Notes: a model not told the origin generated them from the sequence alone. A stretch of 61,762 nucleotides of DNA, filler included, from Choristocarpus tenellus KU-1152 (GCA_964200185.2; 13 parts of 13 records of this genome joined end to end with filler, not necessarily neighbours in it); one strand, 5' to 3'. Numbered from the whole stretch's first letter, positions 38,588 to 49,602 are shown. Program-made: numbers and translations.

Positions 38588-39121
38588 ATGGGGGATGTTG
38601 ACCAAGTGGAAAGAGAAGTAGAGGAACTACGTCGATTCATCACTAGACTAGGCACACCACAAGAGGACGGGAAGAGTGAGAGCTACGCTAGAAATGGTGT
38701 TCCGTTTTGCCTATTTTCTTGCTTTAAGTTTGCCCTTGCCAACTTGACTTCCCTTTCCTGTCCCAATTCATTAGTTGGCGTGACCTACGGAAAACTTTTC
38801 GACGACGAAGAAGGTCAGCAGTACTTTGAGGCAATCGTCGGTACGCTCAAAGCGGCCAAGAAGAGAGGCGTGGTGGACTTCAAGGGACAGGTATGTTACG
38901 CACACGGTTACTCCCAAAAGAGATGGAATTCCCGTTTTGACCCAACCTTAAGATATTGATTCAAAGCGAGAGCACGGCTTTGGGACCTCCCCCTCGATTT
39001 TTCTTGACCACAGCGTGTTTGTTTATTTTTCTCTCTTTTCTACTGCTCGCTCCAGATGCTCCTGAAAGGTGCCCACGACAACGTGATCATTACCCTTCTC
39101 AAGCCCTTAGAGGAGGGTTAA
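38588..39121 (+). CDS. ABRACL: Costars-family (ABRACL-like) actin regulator, 89 aa (exons 38588-38675, 38775-38890, 39056-39121)
   Basis: Spliced product MGDVDQVEREVEELRRFITRLGTPQEDGKIGVTYGKLFDDEEGQQYFEAIVGTLKAAKKRGVVDFKGQMLLKGAHDNVIITLLKPLEEG carries the Costars signature FEAxVGTLKAAKxR..F/YxGxxLLxGxHD. Both introns are GT-AG and phase-consistent. Confidence 0.95.
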
Positions 39122-39318
39122 GCACTCATCGACTTGACAGTTGTACGGTTAAGTCAATTTGTGTAGTCCCTGTATCCCATTGTGCGATCGAATCCTTTAA
39201 TGTAAGGACAACCAATATATAGAAGAAAGATAGTATACCGTTTTGATATATGCTGTGGATTATTGAGCAATTTGTAGGTCAAGTGGACCCTTAGAAAGGA
39301 GGAAGTCAGCAATAAACC

Positions 39319-39942
39319 ATGCCTGTTGATCTAGATGAGATATTAGCCAGTATCAGAACATGTTTGCATAGGTGGAAGTTCGCCCGTTCTGAAGGCAAAG
39401 CGGTCCTTGGAGCTCTCAGTAATGCTCAGCTAGTAGGTACATACATTGATGCCTCCCAAAGTGCGTGGGGTGCCCTAGCCCAATCAAGGGCAACCATCTG
39501 CCGTACGGGCATTGCTGCCGAGGCTCATGCCAGGAAACTCCACAACGACCTCAATGCACTTCATGATGAGATGCTAGCTGCAACTGCAGAACTCAGGAGG
39601 CAGGTGTCACAGGTCTGGGCTGTTGCTGCAGCAGGTGGGACAGTTGCCCAAGATGGTGACTTACGGGAAGATATCAGTAATACGTTGGTGCCCAGAGGTG
39701 GGGATGCACGTGTTACTGTTGGTGGTGGGTATGGACTGGATGACCTTGCAGTGGCATCTACTGAAGTGGCGGAGATGCTTGACCGAGAGGCCTTGGTGAC
39801 ATCTATAGTGGTGCGTGGGGTGGGTTCTTGCCTGGATCGCGACACTCTGACTATGTATGCCTCAGCTTGGATCATGCAGCCTTATGTGGATGTGTCAAGG
39901 TGGCGGGAGCTGCAGGTTATGATAAAGGAGCCACCATCTTGA
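39319..39942 (+). CDS. CINP-like (CDK2-interacting protein / 55LCC adaptor family) protein, 207 aa, intronless
   Basis: C-terminus EMLDREALVTSIVVRGV..DRDTLTMYASAWIMQPYVD resembles human CINP as I recall it (EMYRKELLLKRTVAKEL..DPDLTLSYLSMWLHQPYVE). N-terminal W..G....N helix pattern and similar length. Confidence 0.75.
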   Translation: MPVDLDEILASIRTCLHRWKFARSEGKAVLGALSNAQLVGTYIDASQSAWGALAQSRATICRTGIAAEAHARKLHNDLNALHDEMLAATAELRRQVSQVWAVAAAGGTVAQDGDLREDISNTLVPRGGDARVTVGGGYGLDDLAVASTEVAEMLDREALVTSIVVRGVGSCLDRDTLTMYASAWIMQPYVDVSRWRELQVMIKEPPS

Positions 39943-42279
39943 CTTGTGCATTTGCTATCACGGAGAGCATGTCACTGTTGTGGTTTGTTAAGTAAATTTT
40001 CCTCCCTTCAAGGTGCATAAAATTGGAGAGATCATCTTTGCCCTCCAAGTCCAGATTGAACTTACCCACATCTCAACGATGTGTATCGTTTCCCAAAAAA
40101 TTGTAGTTACAGTCAGACATCACCCCCTTCTCTTCTACCTACTTAAAGTCCAACATTCTTCTTGTTGAAGATTATTGAGAGGATTCTTGGCCTGGAATGT
40201 GAATTGTTTTTACGCGGACTGGGACCTGGGCATGTGATGCCTTGATTTCTAGGTAAGTATTCCCTGTTAGCCACTTTGAAGATAAAAATTATACACAGAC
40301 TCCACATTTACACACACACATGTACATTTAGCTTGAGTAATCAAATTTTGCTCAGGTAAGCACTGTGGCTGATACCTGGTAGTAAAATTCTCTAGACAAA
40401 AGAATGGAATGATCACGATGTAAGGTGCAGGGAGCGAGCATGCAAAGAGGGTGTTGTTGTTGCAGGGGGCACTCAGGAGAGAAAGGAATAGCATGTTTGC
40501 CATGTATTTATCCGAGGAGCACATTCCAATACAGCCCACACAAGTGAAGTGTAGATCACACTTCCCACTTTGGTCATTTGCTTAATCATCGAAGAAACAG
40601 ATACCAACCCAGTAACTTACGTGGGGTGCAAACCGCACTTCTACTTCAGTTACTCTGGTTGCATTGATTAGAATGTGGACCGCGTTGCTCCTACTATCAG
40701 TGTTTACCTTGGCTTGGAAGGTAGGTATGATGAAGTACCTACATTATTAGTGGAAGGTAGTAGGCTGAAAAAGTAGTGTTGTAGTTTTCATTGGGATGAT
40801 TGCCTACAAACCCCACTTTCCGTTGTGTCAAGAGGGTCCACATCCCACTGAGGACAACACTAAGGGTGAACAAAGGGCAAACAATACCAAACTACAGAGG
40901 ACTTTTGATGGCCAAAGGTAATGTGTGCAAAGGATGGCAAATATCCCAAAGTGATAGTCGCATTCCCTTATTGTTTGGCATGAATTGCCCCTAAACAATG
41001 TGTGTGGAAATGATAATGGGAAAGTGAAGAGGCTGTGTACCTTGCTGCCGTGTTATTCCTTTGTGCAATGACGACCAGAGCTACCACCTAGACCAACCAC
41101 AGTAGTGGTTTGATTTGAGATCCCTACAATCAAATGCCTAGGAATCGTACACAGAAACTGAAATGGCACCCTGCCTCTCAACTATAAGGGATAGTCCTTG
41201 CACAATTTTATAAGAAAATGTTCATAAATGAAAAAAAAAAATAGAAACGGGTCTTCCACCTAGGTGTGGTTTCTGCATCTCCATCGGATCACAAAATTAG
41301 AGAAAAAGATGTAACACAAAACTTATCTATTTCTACATAGTGGTATACTTGAGCCAGACTACATAGTAGGGGGGAAAAGGTCCACTCTCCTGTCCAAAGA
41401 TAAGTTACTGGAAGTTATCACTAGACCCCAAGCAGTGGTTATTTGCAACGATCATCAGAACCCTCCCCCCCCTTTTCTTCTTACCCGAACTCTCAATTCT
41501 ACCTTTAGTCCAACAGCATTTTGAAGATTCTTAAGGGCATACTTGACCAGAACGTTGATTCTTTGTATGCTGTCTGGCAGTCATCTGGCCTGTGATGCCT
41601 TCATTACCAGCTGTGTATTCCTTGCTGTCCCTATGAAGGTCAAACTTAGGCACAGACCCTACAGCTACACATGTACGCTTAGCTCAATCATGAATTTTTG
41701 CACAGGCATGCCACACACACACCCTGGCACAGCCCACCCCTTACATTGACGCACAACTTATCCCTGCTACCAAGGCACAGCCCCATCCCTTACCTTTCCT
41801 CTTCCTGCTGCTGGAGCATTGTGGCTTATGACTGGTGGAGTTTCTTATTTTCTGCAGGCACAGAACACGCAGCCTCCTAATCTTCCTTTCATCTTTCGCC
41901 CAGTACAGCCCCCAGAGGCTAGCTAAGGCACAACCACCCCACTGTTCTTTCCCTCCTGGGGCTGCTGGAGCGCCGTCGCAACTACCACGCGGAGCTTCCC
42001 CTCCTCTTTCCCCCCAAACCAAAGCCCCTAACTGTTCGCAGGTCACACCGTTGCGCCCTGCAGTAACTCGTCCATATAAATTCGCAGTAGCCAATTACGT
42101 TGTTGCAAGTGACACACACACCAGTATTCAACAGTGCTACAACTCCACAGCATTGTAGCGACATGTTTGTGTGAGTGTAATTTTTGAGACAGGTGCAATT
42201 CTGTCGACAAACTGGAAAGGATTATTTGCAACATGAAGTGATGGGACTAGAAAAGAAAAGAAGAAAGAGAACCTTTGCC

Positions 42280-42960
42280 ACAATTTAGCCTGGGGCAAGC
42301 AGATCAGAACGTAGCAACAAAAATGGAACGCAGCCCACAATCCCACCTCGGTCGGTTGGATCCCACAGTTCCAGCCTCACATATTCCACATGTTGGAAGG
42401 TCGGATGAAGAGAACTCCTTACACCCATGCGCCCACATAGACTTTGAAGGACACTATCGTTGTCTACTTCGAGTAGCAGGAAGTAGTAGGTTGCAAAAAT
42501 ATTTTTTGTGGGAAGACTGCGTACAAATTCACTGTCTCGTTCGTGAAGAACCTTATTGCACTGGTAGCAATGAGTGCGAACAAACGGTGCCAGACTCCTA
42601 ATGAATATCAGCTGCCGACGGTAGAAACCACAAACCAAGTCAAACATCCCCGAGAGATACTCATTCACCACGTGTATGTATCGCTCGAGGGTGGGGGAAT
42701 GACTGAAACCTTGGTTATTGAACTGGCTCTATTCTTCAACTAAATCAGTGGTGAAAAGGTTATGACTACCTACAAGTATTCCAGGGTTTCAAACCTTATC
42801 ATTGACGCCAGACTTCTTTTCCCAGGAATCTGGTTTTGATTATCCAATTACACATGACAGGCACAACCAGTTGTAGAGGTATGCTGTATCTTATCCTGTC
42901 TATTAATAAAAAAACGATCCAATATCAAGGTTTATCAACGTCGAGACGGGTCCAGTAGTA
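42280..42960 (-). pseudogene. Possible hAT-type transposase remnant
   Basis: Weak: THCYQC (cf. HCxAH) and LELWDPTDR/PRW (cf. PTRW) occur in the expected order in a heavily decayed region. Confidence 0.3.
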
Positions 42961-43543
42961 CAAGATTCAAGGGAGAAGGGGGAGTGACGAGGGGTGGGGG
43001 TGCTCAACCAAACGTGCAAGAAGCAAGGCACAAAAAAAGTTGGAACTTCGACCAGATTTATCGAACGCTCAACCCTGAAAACCCATTTTGTTACTTCACA
43101 TACAGGATCTACATATACAGGTGTATTCCTTAGTAATTGTTGAATTCAACATCAGTGATGTGGGATTACGAAACCTTCACCCCCTCTACCCTACTTATTG
43201 GCTGTTTTTGTGTTGTCGACGTCTCGTTTCGTGGTCTGTTAGAGATGACATACCCAATTAATTCCATTGGGCCCATCATCTTTGTTTTTATCTTTTACAG
43301 GGGGCACAAAGCATCTGGGGGGGGGGGGGGGGGTGTACCCTGGGTGTGTCTTTGGGGCCCGCACGAGGGAAGGTGCTGTTGANNNNNNNNNNNNNNNNNN
43401 NNNNNNNNNNNNNNNNNNNNNNNNNNTTAATTAATTAANNNNNNNNNNNNNNNNNNNNNNNNNNNNNNNNNNNNNNNNNNNNCCCAACACCCCAACCCCC
43501 TGTTGTGTTGGGGGGGGTGGGACGGTGTTTTTTCGTCCTTTTT

Positions 43544-43574
<31 letters not shown>

Positions 43575-44764
43575 TGTATGTTCCCAACGATTTGGCGCTT
43601 CTCCTCTACTTGAACAGTCTCTCGCCTACCTATTTTCCTTTGGCATATTCTCATGGATCGGTGCAGACAAAAACTTGAAGGAAGAGTAGATGTAAGAGCA
43701 GATACCGCTACAGTGGGTGCAGCGTCCTCTCCCCCAAAACCTAAGGAGCACACAACTCTTGGACCAAAACGAGTTGGATCTTGTGAGATGTGTGGTAAAA
43801 TGATCTTACTCACCTTGTCTACTTCTTAACCACCACCGCGACAAAGCACGAACAATTCACTAGGGAAGGCCCAAATTTTGATTATTTTTTGTCATCCTGG
43901 GTTAACGCCTGATTATAGAGGCGTAGTATCTAAGGGTTAGGGTTAGTTTGGGTCTCCGGGATAGGAGGATAGGTCATGGTATATCAATGGGAAGAGCTGA
44001 GTTGTTTGCACTCGCTTTGTACCACTTACGAAGATCCAACTTGTTTCTGTTCAGACATAAAGTGCACAATACATACACATTGCTTCATAATATGCTGTGT
44101 ATATCTAACAGAAAACACTTCGGGTGAGTGGGTATTTGAAAAACTCAACCTTGCACAGGGCGGTGTAGATTGAGAGGTAGAGAGATCAACTGGAGGGGCG
44201 TTTGAAAGCTGATTATGCCAGGAACATTTTCAGATTTTCAATTTCTTCAAATTTAAGTATTTCTATTGTAGGGAAGATTCAAATGATTCAGGACAATAAA
44301 CGAAACACGTTTGTTTGGCTCAAGTGAAAGCTGGCATGCTTAACCTCTGAACGGCGTGCTGATCAATCTCCAGATTTCTCTACAAATCAAGAATGTTTTT
44401 TAAGGTTCCCCTGCAAGGTGAAGACGATGCAAACACTAGTGTAATGAAAGCTGTGACAGGTGGGTATATTGATCACGATGTTAATCTCCAGTGGTGACCT
44501 TTCTATAGTGAAAGTAATGTACCACTGTATACAACATCAAGAGGTTGAAAGTGAACAGGGCAGGCTATTTCTAACCAAGCAGGGTAAAAACAAAGATCAC
44601 ATCTCGAAAAATCAATCGTGTAATCACACATATAGCTTCCAACTTCACTTGACTGTGAAAACTGCCAGCATGCACGTAAGTTTGCACCTTGAGTCCCAGC
44701 AAGTCAACCCCAAGAGAGAAGAATGACTCTGGAACCTGATGTCAGTTACCTGCCAGCGAGAGAA

Positions 44765-45934
44765 TCAAAACTTTGGCAATTCCTTGACCCAGTCCTCATA
44801 TTCAACCAGAGCAATCCCATATCCGTCTGGATCCTCGGTGACGGCCACCCTTGTACCCACCCCTGGTGCTTTCCCCACAAACGAGGCCCCAATCCTCTCC
44901 CCTATCTGCTCCACTCCATCCGCTAGGATTGCCAATTTCGAGTATACACTACCCACGTTGATTGCTTCATTGCGTCCAGCGGGTATGAGAAGCATCCCAG
45001 TAGAGTCCCCATCGAATGCCATGAAGACGCTGTTCTTTGGCTGTTCAGGCTCGTAGGGTGAGTCCTTCACACGTGCCAAGGGGTATGCCAGTTGTGACAT
45101 ACCCAACACCTCTGTGTACCACTTTATAGCTTTCTTCATGTCACGAACCTTGACAGCCACGAACATGGGTGGATCCCGCCGTTCCCCGCTTAAAATGTTC
45201 AGTCTTAGCCCCCCTGGTGCCACCACCTCCAAGTATCCGAAGCCAGACAAGACAGTGCCTCCATTTGCAACAACTTTCGAGATGCGATAATTATCAACAG
45301 CTATCTGAATGTACTGTACCCCAGTTCCGGCGTCATAGAACACGTCATCTGCCTCAATGTCCTCAGCGTTTCCTGTCTTCTTGAGGGCGTTGAGCTCAAT
45401 GGAGAAGTGGCCACCATACGAGTTGAAGGTGGAAACACCAGGTCGAAAGTCGGGCGGGACACTGAGGGCCTCCGGACCGAACCCCACAAACGTGGTATTA
45501 GTGCGTTCAACAACACGTGTCCTAAGGATCTGCATTCCGAGGCCCTTGACGTAGAAGTCGAGCGCCCTATCCATGTCGGGTACGTTGACCACCACGTGCT
45601 GGGCGAAGCGAGTTTGATTTTGGGTTTCGAAAAGGTCGCCGATGGCAGGTGATGAGGTAGGAGACGACACCAAAGTGACACCAAGGAGAGCTGCGGCGGA
45701 AAACTTCCCAAAGTCTGCTCTTGACGATGGCTCCTCTCCCATGTTAGTAAGGTCCATCTTCATGACTGTCCCAGTTTCTACTAGCCCAAGTGGGTACGAG
45801 ATCGCTCTCAGAGGAGCATGTCGGAACCTCGGGAACGCACCGACAAAAGCTGCAACATGACTGCATATTGACGATAAAGACAACAAGGCCAGGGATACCC
45901 CCGTTGCTCGCTTGCACCAACCAATATCCATCAT
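44765..45934 (-). CDS. Two-domain VOC/glyoxalase-family protein (GLOD4-like) with plastid and probable thylakoid-lumen targeting, 389 aa, intronless
   Basis: QHVVVNVPDMDRALDFYVKGLGM, FVGFGPE, HFSIEL, EVVAPGG, VKVRDMKKAIKWYTEVLGM and TEDPDGYGIALV. N-terminus has signal peptide VAA|F, a basic transit peptide and a second hydrophobic segment ending SPA. ATG 45934 is preferred over 45997 because it places the signal peptide at the N-terminus. Confidence 0.9.
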   Translation of the reverse strand: MMDIGWCKRATGVSLALLSLSSICSHVAAFVGAFPRFRHAPLRAISYPLGLVETGTVMKMDLTNMGEEPSSRADFGKFSAAALLGVTLVSSPTSSPAIGDLFETQNQTRFAQHVVVNVPDMDRALDFYVKGLGMQILRTRVVERTNTTFVGFGPEALSVPPDFRPGVSTFNSYGGHFSIELNALKKTGNAEDIEADDVFYDAGTGVQYIQIAVDNYRISKVVANGGTVLSGFGYLEVVAPGGLRLNILSGERRDPPMFVAVKVRDMKKAIKWYTEVLGMSQLAYPLARVKDSPYEPEQPKNSVFMAFDGDSTGMLLIPAGRNEAINVGSVYSKLAILADGVEQIGERIGASFVGKAPGVGTRVAVTEDPDGYGIALVEYEDWVKELPKF

Positions 45935-46108
45935 GAACGCAACAATATGTGATTGATGTCTGGTGTTAAGGGTTTGGTAGTGGCAAGGAGGATTCATATC
46001 TTTTCCATTATAGTACTTGACTATGCTCTAACTATCCGAACATCTCCCAACATCGAATTGTAAACACAAATTTCGGCAATCTCCCACCTACAGTGGTAAA
46101 TACTTACT
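45935..46108. promoter_or_regulatory. Putative bidirectional promoter (VOC gene / DUF4282-like gene)
   Basis: 174 bp between divergent ATGs. Confidence 0.5.
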
Positions 46109-46763
46109 ATGAATCCTCTCCTGCCGAGCGAGGTGAACGTCGGGTTGCTCCCAAGGCAGAATGCGGTGTGGGGTTGGGAGCTCTTTCGTTTTTCGAAGGT
46201 AAGGGAGAAAAACAAGGTTGCCTAGAGTTTTGCACCCGTCGAAATTGGTATTCAAACAAATCATTTACATACCTGTCCACCTTCATTCAACACCTGCTTC
46301 CAAATGCTCTTATCAGACCTTTGAATTTACCTTAACAATTCCGGATAAATACTTACTTCGTCGTCTGATCCATGAATCCCTCTGCTCCTGGAACTCACCC
46401 CACAAGTAGACGCAAGGTGTGTCCGTAGTCCGGAGACTCCATAGCATTGCGCAGATTATCAACGCGGCGACCTGGATATTCATCCTCATTGCAGTTTTTG
46501 TTAATGAAGATGCTGGTCTTACCATCGTTGCACTTATTGGTCTCCCAATTGTCTGGATCATATATGCACTTCTGATTCGGGCAGTGTGCGAGTTAGCTGT
46601 ATCCGTGATGCTCATTCCTGCTTTGTTGGCAAACCAACTGCACCAAGGAGCCCGTGAGGGTATGCGGCCCCCTGTATCTGGTGGAATGTTGAATGCCGCC
46701 CAAGGCATGCCTTACGACATGCAGGATCTCGGAAGTACAGAGGTGTCCTCAGCAGCAGTGTAG
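46109..46763 (+). CDS. Small two-TM membrane protein, DUF4282-like, 147 aa (exons 46109-46198, 46410-46763)
   Basis: AAG|gtaagg...gtAG|ACG phase-0 intron. Product ...WELFRFSKTQGVSVVRRLH + two hydrophobic helices + LLIRAVCELAVSVM, i.e. the F-x-F...R-x3-E pattern I associate with DUF4282. The gene model is firmer than the family call. Confidence 0.7.
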
Positions 46764-47130
46764 CATAGGGGTCCGCCATGAAGGAGGGTGGAGGGCTAGA
46801 GGAGACTTCATTTCTTCCGCAATTGGGAAATTGGTGTTTTTGTGCTGTCTGTTTTGATGTGTGTACATTTTCTGAGAACAGCTCAATTTTTTCTATTTTG
46901 CTGAGAGTCAATCAACTTGCTTCGATGAGTGATGTCTATGAAAACCATCACCTTGCTGATAATTGTTACTCCTTGAGTCACTGGAGACTTCTATTTGTAT
47001 TAAATTATTGGTGCTACGTGTGGATGTATGGTTTCTACGAATAAAGTTGATCAGCACCGACTTTTATCGATCCTCCCCCTTTCCCTACCACAGCCACAAA
47101 GACTTCATCTCCAAAAAGGGACAATGTTCT

Positions 47131-47488
47131 ACCAGTTGAGTTTTCTCACATTTTAAACACTCTCCACACATGAAAAGGGCGAGATTGAACTAGGAGGTAG
47201 TGGAGGGTGGAATAGAAGAGTTGCAATGCTAAAACTACCAGTTGAGTTTTTCCATATTTCAGACACTCTCTACACATGAAAAGGGCAAAGATTATACTGC
47301 GAAGGGGGGGGGGAATAGAAGAATAGAAGAGCTGCAAGGCTGACGAAGGGCNNNNNNNNNATAGCAAACCTCCCAGGTGAGTTTTTCCAGATTTCAAACA
47401 GTCGCAACAAGTGAAAGGGGAAAAGATTATGCTGCGAAGGGGGGGGGGGAATAGAAGAATAGAAGAGCTGCAAGGCTGACGAAGGGCA
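47131..47488. repeat. About three tandem copies of a roughly 110-130 bp unit just downstream of the thioredoxin stop
   Basis: Variants of CCAGTTGAGTTTTTCC...GAAAAGGGCAAAGATT...GAATAGAAGAG start at about 47131, 47237 and 47372. The array spans a small N gap. Confidence 0.8.
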
Positions 47489-47500
47489 ACGTCAATCAAG

Positions 47501-48488
47501 TCATTGTTCTTGGAGGTCTTCCAGGAGAGCTTCTATCTTCTGTTTACTGCTCGTGCTGACAGCCTTGAGCACACTTCCCCCTCGGTAAGCGACAAAAGAT
47601 GGCACAGCCTCCAGGCCAAGAGTACGAGCGATCTGGGGGGATACTGTGGCATCAACACTCATGAAGACCACATCTGGTTCCCGGGCAGCCAATTTCTTGT
47701 AGTACCTGTTGGGTTGAAATCATAGGGGAAAGCAAAAGTCAAGTGACTTGATTGTCAATACCAAGGCCCGGTGAGGTCAACTTCGCCTCGAACAACCAGG
47801 CACTATTATGTTCAGATTTGTCCATCAATTGATGTTCTCCCAAGATAATAACCAAGGTGAATTGAGACAGAGAACCTTCTGAACGCTCTCTGTCGCGTCT
47901 TTGCACACCCACCTAAAAAGAAAAGAACGTTTCTATTATCGGAGTTTTGCTATATGTGAATCATGTTCATCTGTGCAGGCAAAGGCAGCCTTGGTCAGAG
48001 CGAGCTCTGCCAAGTACCACTGACACGGCCAACCCTGAAACACACACCCAAGACCTTACTCCATAGCTTTGCACCACTCCATCTCTCAACATCATTTCAA
48101 CTAATGGTTCGACAGGAGGACTCTCTCAGTATCGCGACTCAAAAGCAGGCATGGCGACGGACATCGAAGCTGCTCAAGAAGAAACTCACGGTGACAAAAA
48201 CTTGCACACCCTGCAGCCCTGGGAGCTGACGAAAAGTAGGGCACCCCTCGTTCCAGAGCGCATCTTGACGTCTTCGTTGGTCTTGACAGGCATCACCACA
48301 CCAAGAGGCGTTTTCACTGCACCTTCCACTCCCCCCTCATTCACTGCTTCAGCTTCTTCTTCTTCTTCCTCATCATCAAAGTTGTCACTAAGCCAGCCCC
48401 AGGAACGCCTTGTTTTTCCTGGAAAGCCAAATCTGGGAGGGAGAGGGGGGGGGTGGTCTAGGTCACCACCACGTGGTGTCATGTGTAT
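47501..48488 (-). CDS. Atypical thioredoxin (GCRVC active site), probably 5'-partial (exons 48488-48190, 47705-47501)
   Basis: LLFVSSQGCRVCKFLSP|YYKKLAAREPDVVFMSVDA..IARTLGLEAVPSFVAYRGG across a phase-2 GT-AG intron, with cis-Pro motif VPSF. An acceptor cctAG lies just upstream of 48488; ATG 48482 is an alternative start. Confidence 0.88.
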
Positions 48489-49602
48489 CTAGGAATATAT
48501 GAGAGGAATGGGAGCGTAGTCGGGACTCATTTGCAGGACATTTCAGTACAGTATAGGTAAGGTGAGACTTGATCATCATCTATGTCAGTCAAGCAGCTTG
48601 AGCTTGGCTGATCTGTAAGGCTCCCAGTTGGATTGAGCACTACTGTAGTATATTCACCCTGCCCTGACAAACTTAGTACTGTGGTAGTTCAAAGAACAAA
48701 GGTAACACAATGACCGTGTTAGCACACCACTGCTGTAAGCGCAATCGATTGATCTACTCTTGGAAGGACTCTCCCCCCCCCCCTGAATGGGCTTGCAATG
48801 TATGTACTGATAGCTTGAACAGCAACGTTCGCAGTTGTATGCCTAGCCAGAGACGCCTTCCAACCACAATCAGCATGCTATTTTTTTCTTCTGACATCAG
48901 CCTAATTTGATTTGATGCTTATGGAGTTCTTCCAACATGGTAAATGGAAAAATAATATTTGATGATATTTGATAAGCATCTTGTGGAATGTTTCCTGGAA
49001 TTCCTGTACACTAATGGTATGTGATTTGTAAGATGCCACGGGGCGAACAAAAAGAAAAAAAGAGTTTAGCAAGCCGTATTCCTTTCTTGTTTTTTACTTC
49101 AATTTGAAAAGAAAAAGGAACAAAGCAAGAAACGGCTGTCCAGCATGAAGTTCTGATTTGCAACCCAAAACAGTTTTTTTCCTACACCAAGTACATCAAC
49201 TATAATGGTGCCGAAAACGGCGGTGCAATTGCATGCCAAAAGGGGAGGGGGGGGGGGGGGGGAAATTGGGGTGTTTCCCCCAGTAAAAAAAAAGGGGTTC
49301 CCCNNNNNNNNNNNNNNNNNNNNNNNNNNNNNNNNNNNNNNNNNNNNTTAATTAATTAANNNNNNNNNNNNNNNNNNNNNNNNNNNNNNNNNNNNNNNNN
49401 NNNGTCCCTGAGGAGGCCGTTCACAAGGACCCAACTGAGAGGCTCTCCTTACTCTCCCAACCCACACGCCCCAACCTCAACTCTTGCCGCTAACGTACAG
49501 CGATAAATAAAGTAAAAAATATATATATAGTTGAGCAGTGGGCTACCACGCAGGTTGTTTCTGTTCTGTTTCTGTTCTGTTTGATGGAGAACATACACTC
49601 GC

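Noticed and set aside
5557-39121. CH-domain gene and Costars as an actin-related cluster
   Set aside because: They are on different contigs separated by several linkers.
39561-46708. Antisense/shadow ORFs over real genes (e.g. 39561-39875, 45301-45711, 46313-46708)
   Set aside because: Explained by overlap with the GC-rich true CDS in another strand or frame.
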